Origin: Antedon mediterranea
Taxonomy: Eukaryota > Animalia > Echinodermata
Assembly: GCF_964355755.1 (NCBI RefSeq)
Contig: NC_092671.1
Coordinates: 13,268,001-13,332,000 of the forward strand
Length of the DNA stretch: 64,000 nucleotides
Reading direction: 5' to 3'
Part shown: one piece after another, positions 54,301 to 64,000 of the stretch
How positions within the stretch are numbered: position 1 is the stretch's first letter
Layout of the letters: each line of letters opens with the position of its first letter
The notes under the pieces: generated by a model
The model's database searches: none
Seen by the model: only the letters and a program-made list of their open reading frames with translations
Told to the model about the DNA's origin: nothing
Program-made: the position numbers and the translations under genes

Positions 54301-57300
54301 CAAGATTCTACAACAGTTGACGTAACTACTGATGAAGGTATAACAACTCAAGCCTCAACCACTTTGTTTGACTCAACAACAGGTGTGGATATAACAACAC
54401 AGCAAGAATCTACAACAGTTGACGTTACTACTGATGAAGGTATAACAACACAAGCTTCAACCACTTTGTTTGACTCAACAACAGGTTTGGATATAACAAC
54501 ACAGCAAGATTCTACAACAGTTGATGTCACTACTGATGAAGGTATAACAACTCAAGCCTCAACCACTTTGTTTGACTCAACAACAGGTGTGGATATAACA
54601 ACACAGCAAGAATCTACAACAGTTGACGTTACTACTGATGAAGGTATAACAACACAAGCTTCAACCACTTTGTTTGACTCAACAACAGGTGTGGATATAA
54701 CAACACAGCAAGATTCTACAACAGTTGACGTTACTACTGATGAAGGTATAACAACACAAGCTTCAACCACTTTGTTTGACTCAACAACAGGTTTGGATAT
54801 AACAACACAGAAAGATTCTACAACATTTGACGTTACTACTGATGAAGGTATAACAACACAAGCTTCAACCACTTTGTTTGACTCAACAACAGGTGTGGAT
54901 ATAACAACACAGCAAGATTCTACAACAGTTGACGTAACTACTGATGAAGTACAAGCTTCAACCACATTGTTTGACTCAACAACAGGTTTGGATATAACAA
55001 CACAGCAAGATTCTACAACAGTTGACGTAACTACTGATGAAGGTATAACAACACAAGCTTCAACTACATTGTTTGACTCAACAACTGGTTTGGATATAAC
55101 AACACAGCAAGATTCTACAACAGTTGACGTAACTACTGATGAAGGTATAACAACTCAAGCCTCAACCACATTGTTTGACTCAACAACTGCTTTGGATATA
55201 ACAACACAGCAAGATTCTACAACAGTTGACGTAACTACTGATGAAGGTATAACAACTCAAGCCTCAACCACTTTGTTTGACTCAACAACAGGTGTGGATA
55301 TAACAACACAGCAAGAATCTACAACAGTTGACGTTACTACTGATGAAGGTATAACAACACAAGCTTCAACGACTTTGTTTGACTCAACAACAGGTGTGGA
55401 TATAACAACACAGCAAGATTCTACAACAGTTGACGTTACTACTGATGAAGGTATAACAACACAAGCTTCAACCACTTTGTTTGACTCAACAACAGGTTTG
55501 GATATAACAACACAGAAATATTCTACAACATTTGACGTTACTACTGATGAAGGTATAACAACACAGGCTTCAACCACATTGTTTGACTCAACAACAGGTT
55601 TAGATATAACAACACAGAACGATTCTACAACAGTTGACGTTACTACTGATGAAGGTATAACAACACAAGCCTCAACCACATTGTTTGATTCAACAACAGG
55701 TTTGGATATATCAACACAGAAAGAGTCTACAACAGTTGACGTAACTACTGATGAAGGTATAACAACTCAAGCCTCAACTACATTGTTTGACTCAACGACA
55801 GGTTTAGATATAACAACACAGCAAGATTCTACAACAGTTGACGTAACTACTGATGAAGTACAAGCTTCAACCACATTGTTTGACTCAACAACAGATTTGG
55901 ATATAACAACACAGCAAGATTCTACAACAGTTGACGTAACTACTGATGAAGGTATAACAACACAAGCTTCAACCACATTGTTTGACTCAACAACTGGTTT
56001 GGATATAACAACACAGCAAGATTCTACAACAGTTGACGTAACTACTGATGAAGGTATAACAACACAAGCTTCAACCACTTTGTTTGACTCAACAACAGGT
56101 TTGGATATAACAACACAGCAAGATTCTACAACAGTTGACGTAACTACTGATGAAGGTATAACAACTCAAGCCTCAACCACTTTGTTTGACTCAACAACAG
56201 GTGTGGATATAACAACACAGCAAGAATCTACAACAGTTGACGTTACTACTGATGAAGGTATAACAAAACAAGCTTCAACCACTTTGTTTGACTCAACAAC
56301 AGGTGTGGATATAACAACACAGCAAGATTCTACAACAGTTGAGGTTACTACTGATGAAGGTATAACAACACAAGCTTCAACCACTTTGTTTGACTCAACA
56401 ACAGGTTTGGGTATAACAACACAGCAAGATTCCACAACAGATGACGTAACTACTGATGAAGGTATAACAACACAAACTTCTACCACTTTGTTTGACTCAA
56501 CAACAGGTTTGGATATAACAACACAGCAAGATTCTACAACAGTTGACGTTACTACTGATGAAGGTATAACAACACAAGCTTCAACCACTTTGTTTGACTC
56601 AACAACAGGTTTGGATATAACAACACAGCAAGATTCCACAACAGATGACGTAACTACTGATGAAGGTATAACAACACAAGCCTCAACCACATTGTTTGAC
56701 TCAACAACAGGTTTAGATATAACAACACAGCAAGATTCTACAACAGTTGACGTAACTACTGATGAAGGTATAACAACTCAAGCCTCAACCACTTTGTTTG
56801 ACTCAACAACAGGTGTGGATATAACAAGACAGAAAGATTCTACAACAGTTGACGTAACTACTGATGAAGGTATAACAACTCAAGCATCAACCACTTTGTT
56901 TGACTCAACAACAGGTGTGAATATAACAACACAGCAAGAATCTACAACAGTTGACGTTACTACTGATGAAGGTATAACAACACAAGCTTCAACCACTTTG
57001 TTTGACTCAACAACAGGTGTGGATATAACAACACAGCAAGATTCTACAATAGTTGACGTTACTACTGATGAAGGTATAACAACACAAGCTTCAACCACTT
57101 TGTTTGACTCAACAACAGGTGTGGATATAACAACACAGCAAGATTCTACAACAGTTGACGTAACTACTGATGAAGGTATAACAACTCAAGCCTCAACCAC
57201 TTTGTTTGACTCAAAAACAGGTGTGGATATAACAACACAGCAAGAATCTACAACAGTTGACGTTACTACTGATGAAGGTATAACAAAACAAGCTTCAACC

Positions 57301-60300
57301 ACTTTGTTTGACTCAACAACAGGTGTGGATATAACAACACAGCAAGATTCTACAACAGTTGAGGTTACTACTGATGAAGGTATAACAACACAAGCTTCAA
57401 CCACTTTGTTTGACTCCACAACAGGTTTGGGTATAACAACACAGCAAGATTCCACAACAGATGACGTAACTACTGATGAAGGTATAACAACACAAACTTC
57501 TACCACTTTGTTTGACTCAACAACAGGTTTGGATATAACAACACAGCAAGATTCTACAGCAGTTGACGTTACTACTGATGAAGGTATAACAACACAAGCT
57601 TCAACCACTTTGTTTGACTCAACAACAGGTTTGGATATAACAACACAGCAAGATTCCACAACAGATGACGTAACTACTGATGAAGGTATAACAACACAAG
57701 CCTCAAGCACATTGTTTGACTCAACAACAGGTTTAGATATAACAACACAGCAAGATTCTACAACAGTTGACGTAACTACTGATGAAGTACAAGCTTCAAC
57801 CACATTGTTTGACTCAACAACAGGTTTGGATATAACAACACAGCAAGATCCTACAACAGTTGACGTAACTACTGATGAAGGTATAACAACTCAAGCCTCA
57901 ACCACTTTGTTTGACTCAACAACAGGTGTGTATATAACAAGACAGAAAGATTCTACAACAGTTGACGTTACTACTGATGAAGGTATAACAAGACAAGCTT
58001 CAACCACTTTGTTTGACTCAACAACAGGTTTGGATATAACAACACAGCAAGATTCCACAACAGATGACGTAACTACTGATGAAGGTCAAACAACACAAGC
58101 TTCAACGACTTTTTTTGACTCAACAACAGGTTTGGATAAAACAACACAGCAAGATTCTACAACAGTTGACGTTACTACTGATGAAGGTATAACAACACAA
58201 GCTTCAACCACTTTGTTTGACTCAACAACAGGTGTGGATATAACAACACAGCAAGATTCTACAACAGTTGACGAAACTACTGATGAAGTACAAGCTTCAA
58301 CCACATTGTTTGACTCAACAACAGGTTTGGATATAACAACACAGCAAGATTCTACAACAGCTGACGTAACTACTGACGAAGGTATAACAACACAAGCTTC
58401 AACTACATTGTTTGACTCAACAACTGGTTTGGATATAACAACACAGCAAGATTCTACAACAGTTGACGTAACTACTGATGAAGGTATAACAACTCAAGCA
58501 TCAACCACTTTGTTTGACTCAACAACAGGTGTGGATATAACAATACAGCAAGAATCTACAACAGTTGACGTTACTACTGATGAAGGTATAACAACACAAG
58601 CTTCAACCACTTTGTTTGACTCAACAACAGGTGTGGATATAACAACACAGCAAGATTCTACAACAGTTGACGTAACTACTGATGAAGGTATAACAACACA
58701 AGCTTCAACCACTTTGTTTGACTCAACAACAGGTTTGGATATAACAACACAGAAAGATTCTACAACATTTGACGTTACTACTGATGAAGGTATAACAACA
58801 CAAGCTTCAACCACATTGTTTGACTCAACAACAGGTTTAGATATAACAACACAGCAAGATTCCACAACAGATTACGTAACTACTGATGAAGGTATAACAA
58901 CACAAACTTCTACCACATTGTTTGATTCGACAACAGGTTTGGATATAACAACACAGCAAGATTCTACAACAGTTGACGTTACTACTGATGAAGGTATAAC
59001 AACACAAGCTTCAACCACTTTGTTTGACTCAACAACAGGTTTGGATATAACAACACAGCAAGATTCCACAACAGATGACGTAACTACTGATGAAGGTATA
59101 ACAACACAAACTTCTACCACATTGTTTGATTCGACAACAGGTTTGGATATAACAACACAGCAAGATTCTACAACAGTTGACGTTACTACTGATGAAGGTA
59201 TAACAACACAAGCTTCAACCACTTTGTTTGACTCAACAACAGGTTTGGATATAACAACACAGCAAGATTCCACAACAGATGACGTAACTACTGATGAAGG
59301 TATAACAACACAAACTTCTACCACTTTGTTTGACTCAACAACAGGTTTGGATATAACAACACAGCAAGATTCTACAACAGTTGACGTTACTACTGATGAA
59401 GGTATAACAACACAAGCCTCAACCACATTGTTTGACTCAACAACAGCTTTAGATATAACAACACAGCAAGATTCTACAACAGTTGACGTAACTACTAATG
59501 AAGTACAAGCTTCAACCACATTGTTTGACTCAACAACAGGTTTGGATATAACAACACAGCAAGATTCTACAACAGTTGACGTAACTACTGATGAAGGTAT
59601 AACAACACAAGCTTCAACCACATTGTTTGACTCAACAACTGGTTTGGATATAACAACACAGCAAGATTCTACAACAGTTGACGTAACTACTGATGAAGGT
59701 ATAACAACTCAAGCCTCAACCACTTTGTTTGACTCAACAACAGGTGTGGATATAACAAGACAGAAAGATTCTACAACAGTTGACGTTACTACTGATGAAG
59801 GTATAACAACACAAGCTTCAACCACTTTGTTTGACTCAACAGCAGGTTTGGATATAACAACACAGCAAGATTCCACAACAGATGACGTAACTACTGATGA
59901 AGGTCAAACAACACAAGCTTCAACGACTTTTTTTGACTCAACAACAGGTTTGGATAAAACAACACAGCAAGATTCTACAACAGTTGACGTTACTACTGAT
60001 GAAGGTATAACAACACAAGCTTCAACCACTTTGTTTGACTCAACAACAGGCGTGGATATAACAACACAGCAAGATTCTACAACAGTTGACGTAACTACTG
60101 ATGAAGTACAAGCTTCAACCACATTGTTTGACTCAACAACAGGTTTGGATATAACAACACAGCAAGATTCTACAACAGCTGACGTAACTACTGATGAAGG
60201 TATAACAACACAAGCTTCAACTACATTGTTTGACTCAACAACTGGTTTGGATATAACAACACAGCAAGATTCTACAACAGTTGATGTCACTACTGATGAA

Positions 60301-63300
60301 GGTATAACAACACAACCTTCAACTACATTGTTTGACTCAACAACTGGTTTGGATATGACAACACAGCAAGATTCTACAACAGTTGACGTTACTACTGATG
60401 AAGGTCAAACAACACAAGCTTCAACGACTTTTTTTGAATCAACAACAGGTTTGGATAAAACAACACAGCAAGATTCTACAACAGTTGACGTTACTACTGA
60501 TGAAGGTATAACAACACAAGCTTCAACCACTTTGTTTGACTCAACAACAGGTGTGGATATAACAACACAGCAAGATTCTACAACAGTTGACGTAACTTCT
60601 GATGAAGTACAAGCTTCAACCACATTGTTTGACTCAACAACAGGTTTGGATATAACAACACAGCAAGATTCTACAACAGTTGACGTAACTACTGATGAAG
60701 GTATAACAACACAAGCTTCAACCACATTTTTTGACTCAACAACTGGTTTGGATATAACAACACAGCAAGATTCTACAACAGTTGACGTAACTACTGATGA
60801 AGGTATAACAACTCAAGCCTCAACCACTTTGTTTGACTCAACAACAGGTGTGGATATAACAACACAGCAAGAATCTACAACAGTTGACGTTACTACTGAT
60901 GAAGGTATAACAACACAAGCTTCAACCACTTTGTTTGACTCAACAACAGGTTTGGATATAACAACACAGCAAGATTCTACAACAGTTGATGTCACTACTG
61001 ATGAAGGTATAACAACTCAAGCCTCAACCACTTTGTTTGACTCAACAACAGGTGTGGATATAACAACACAGCAAGAATCTACAACAGTTGACGTTACTAC
61101 TGATGAAGGTATAACAACACAAGCTTCAACCACTTTGTTTGACTCAACAACAGGTGTGGATATAACAACACAGCAAGATTCTACAACAGTTGACGTTACT
61201 ACTGATGAAGGTATAACAACACAAGCTTCAACCACTTTGTTTGACTCAACAACAGGTTTGGATATAACAACACAGAAAGATTCTACAACATTTGACGTTA
61301 CTACTGATGAAGGTATAACAACACAAGCTTCAACCACTTTGTTTGACTCAACAACAGGTGTGGATATAACAACACAGCAAGATTCTACAACAGTTGACGT
61401 AACTACTGATGAAGTACAAGCTTCAACCACATTGTTTGACTCAACAACAGGTTTGGATATAACAACACAGCAAGATTCTACAACAGTTGACGTAACTACT
61501 GATGAAGGTATAACAACACAAGCTTCAACTACATTGTTTGACTCAACAACTGGTTTGGATATAACAACACAGCAAGATTCTACAACAGTTGACGTAACTA
61601 CTGATGAAGGTATAACAACTCAAGCCTCAACCACAATGTTTGACTCAACAACTGCTTTGGATATAACAACACAGCAAGATTCTACAACAGTTGACGTAAC
61701 TACTGATGAAGGTATAACAACTCAAGCCTCAACCACTTTGTTTGACTCAACAACAGGTGTGGATATAACAACACAGCAAGAATCTACAACAGTTGACGTT
61801 ACTACTGATGAAGGTATAACAACACAAGCTTCAACGACTTTGTTTGACTCAACAACAGGTGTGGATATAACAACACAGCAAGATTCTACAACAGTTGACG
61901 TTACTACTGATGAAGGTATAACAACACAAGCTTCAACCACTTTGTTTGACTCAACAACAGGTTTGGATATAACAACACAGAAATATTCTACAACATTTGA
62001 CGTTACTACTGATGAAGGTATAACAACACAGGCTTCAACCACATTGTTTGACTCAACAACAGGTTTAGATATAACAACACAGAACGATTCTACAACAGTT
62101 GACGTTACTACTGATGAAGGTATAACAACACAAGCCTCAACCACATTGTTTGATTCAACAACAGGTTTGGATATATCAACACAGAAAGAGTCTACAACAG
62201 TTGACGTAACTACTGATGAAGGTATAACAACTCAAGCCTCAACTACATTGTTTGACTCAACGACAGGTTTAGATATAACAACACAGCAAGATTCTACAAC
62301 AGTTTACGTAACTACTGATGAAGTACAAGCTTCAACCACATTGTTTGACTCAACAACAGATTTGGATATAACAACACAGCAAGATTCTACAACAGTTGAC
62401 GTAACTACTGATGAAGGTATAACAACACAAGCTTCAACCACATTGTTTGACTCAACAACTGGTTTGGATATAACAACACAGCAAGATTCTACAACAGTTG
62501 ACGTAACTACTGATGAAGGTATAACAACACAAGCTTCAACCACTTTGTTTGACTCAACAACAGGTTTGGATATAACAACACAGCACGATTCCACAACAGA
62601 TGACGTAACTCCTGATGAAGGTCAAACAACACAAGCTTCAACGACTTTTTTTGACTCAACAACAGGTTTGGATAAAACAACACAGCTAGATTCTACAACA
62701 GTTGACGTTACTACTGATGAAGGTATAACAACACAAGCTTCAACAACTTTGTTTGACTCAACAACAGGTTTGGATATAACAACACAGCAAGATTCTACAA
62801 CAGTTGACGTTACTACTGATGAAGGTATAACAACACAAGCTTCAACCACTTTGTTTGACTCAACAACAGGTTTGGATAAAACAACACAGCAAGATTCTAC
62901 AACAGTTGACGTTACTACTGATGAAGGTATAACAACACAAGCCTCAACAGCTTTGTTTGACTCAACAACAGGTTTGGATATAACAACACAGCAAGATTCT
63001 ACAACAGTTGACGTAACTACTGATGAAGGTATTACAACACAAGCCTCAACCACTTTGTTTGACTCAACAACAGGTTTGGATAGTTCAACAGGTTTGGATA
63101 TAACAACACAGCAAGATTCTACAACAGTTGACGTAACTACTGATGAAGGTATAACAACACAAGCTTCAACCACTTTGTTTGACTCAACAACAGGTTTTGA
63201 TATAACAACACAGCAAGATTCTACAACCGTTGACGTAACTACTGATGAAGGTCAAACAACACAAGCTTCAACGACTTTTTTTTACTCAACAACAGGTTTG

Positions 63301-64000
63301 GATAAAACAACACAGCAAGATTCTAAAACAGTTGACGTTACTACTGATGATGGTATAACTTCACAAGCTTCAACATCTTTGTTTGACTCAACAACAAGTT
63401 TGGATATAACAATACAGCAAGATTCTACAACAGTTGACGTAACTACCGATGAAGGTATAACAACACAAACTTCAACCACTTTCTTTGACTCAACAACAGG
63501 TTTGGATATAACAACACAGCAAGATTCTACAACAGTTGACATAACTACTGACGAAGGTATTACAACACAAGCTTCAACTACTTTGTTTGACTCAACAACA
63601 GGTTTGGATATAACAACACAGCAAGATTCTACAACAGTTGACGTTACTGCTGATGAAGGTATAACAACACACGCCTCAACAACTTTGTTTGATTCAACAA
63701 CAGGTTTGGATATAACAACACAGCCAGATTCTACAACATTTGACGTTACTACTGATGAAGGTATAACAACACAAGCTTCAACCACTTTGTTTGACTCAAC
63801 AACAGGTTTGGATATAACAACACAGCAATATTCTACAACAGTTGACGTTACTACTGATGAAGGTATAACAAAACAAGCTTCAACCACATTTTTTGACTCA
63901 ACAACAGGTGTGGATATAACAACACAGCAAGATTCTACAACATTTGACGTTACTATTGATGAAGGTATAACAACACAAGCCTCAACCACATATTTTGATT
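30359..64000 (+). CDS. Giant single coding exon (>33.6 kb, >11,200 codons, runs off the window) of a Thr/Ser/Asp-rich mucin-like tandem-repeat protein (gene B)
   Basis: Acceptor aatttcAG| at 30357-30358. Frame +1 starts DITTAEEETTENSTTLF and is still frame +1 at 63961 (EGITTQASTTYFD). I found no stop codon, and the ORF track lists no closed ORF in this frame despite in-frame ATG/TTG/GTG. All indels seen are multiples of 3. Confidence 0.93.
30430..64000 (+). repeat. Coding tandem repeat, ~330-340 units of 102 bp (34 aa) and 93 bp (31 aa), with higher-order repeats
   Basis: Consensus GACTCAACAACAGGT(G/T)TGGATATAACAACACAGCAAGATTCTACAACAGTTGACGT(A/T)ACTACTGATGAAGGTATAACAACACAAGCTTCAACCAC(T/A)TTGTTT. 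In the short variant GITT is replaced by V. Unit count estimated from length. Confidence 0.98.

Noticed and set aside
31600-62300. Antisense frame has TGA exactly where other units have Cys (TGT), mimicking a poly-selenocysteine or readthrough protein
   Set aside because: The TGT/TGA switch is simply the synonymous Thr ACA/ACT third position before CAA on the + strand. No SECIS evidence was seen, and the + frame needs no recoding.
30312-63989. Dozens of - strand Val/Cys/Ser-rich ORFs (VVEACVVIPSSVVTSTVVESCC...)
   Set aside because: Antisense shadow of the + strand exon. Their stops arise largely from changes that are synonymous or tolerated in frame +1.
30430-64000. Possible CRISPR array or non-coding centromeric satellite
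   Set aside because: No unique spacers or cas genes, and the context is eukaryotic. Frame preservation, a splice acceptor and synonymous-biased variation indicate coding sequence.

Overview
AT-rich eukaryotic (animal, probably invertebrate) genomic DNA with spliceosomal introns; no prokaryotic genes, RNA genes or CRISPR arrays were seen. The main feature is absent from the ORF track: a single uninterrupted + strand (frame +1) coding exon from 30359 to beyond 64000 (>33.6 kb, >11,200 codons). It consists of about 330-340 tandem 102-bp (34 aa) and 93-bp (31 aa) units encoding an acidic, essentially proline-free, Thr-rich mucin-like repeat (DSTTGVDITTQQDSTTVDVTTDEGITTQASTTLF). A phase-compatible signal-peptide exon lies at 12771-12870. 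A second secreted Thr-rich gene sits head-to-head on the - strand (signal exon 8853-8925, Thr/Glu-rich exon 1593-1814). The many 'VVEACVVIPSS' ORFs on the - strand are antisense shadows of the giant exon. Introns and the intergenic region are packed with transposons: CR1/L2-group LINEs (one with an intact esterase + CCHC ORF1), two copies of a non-autonomous Helitron, HINE/DINE-like elements, MITEs, and a three-level nest (Academ-like > Academ-like > Helitron). Exon joining and TE family names are inferred by eye, without database searches.
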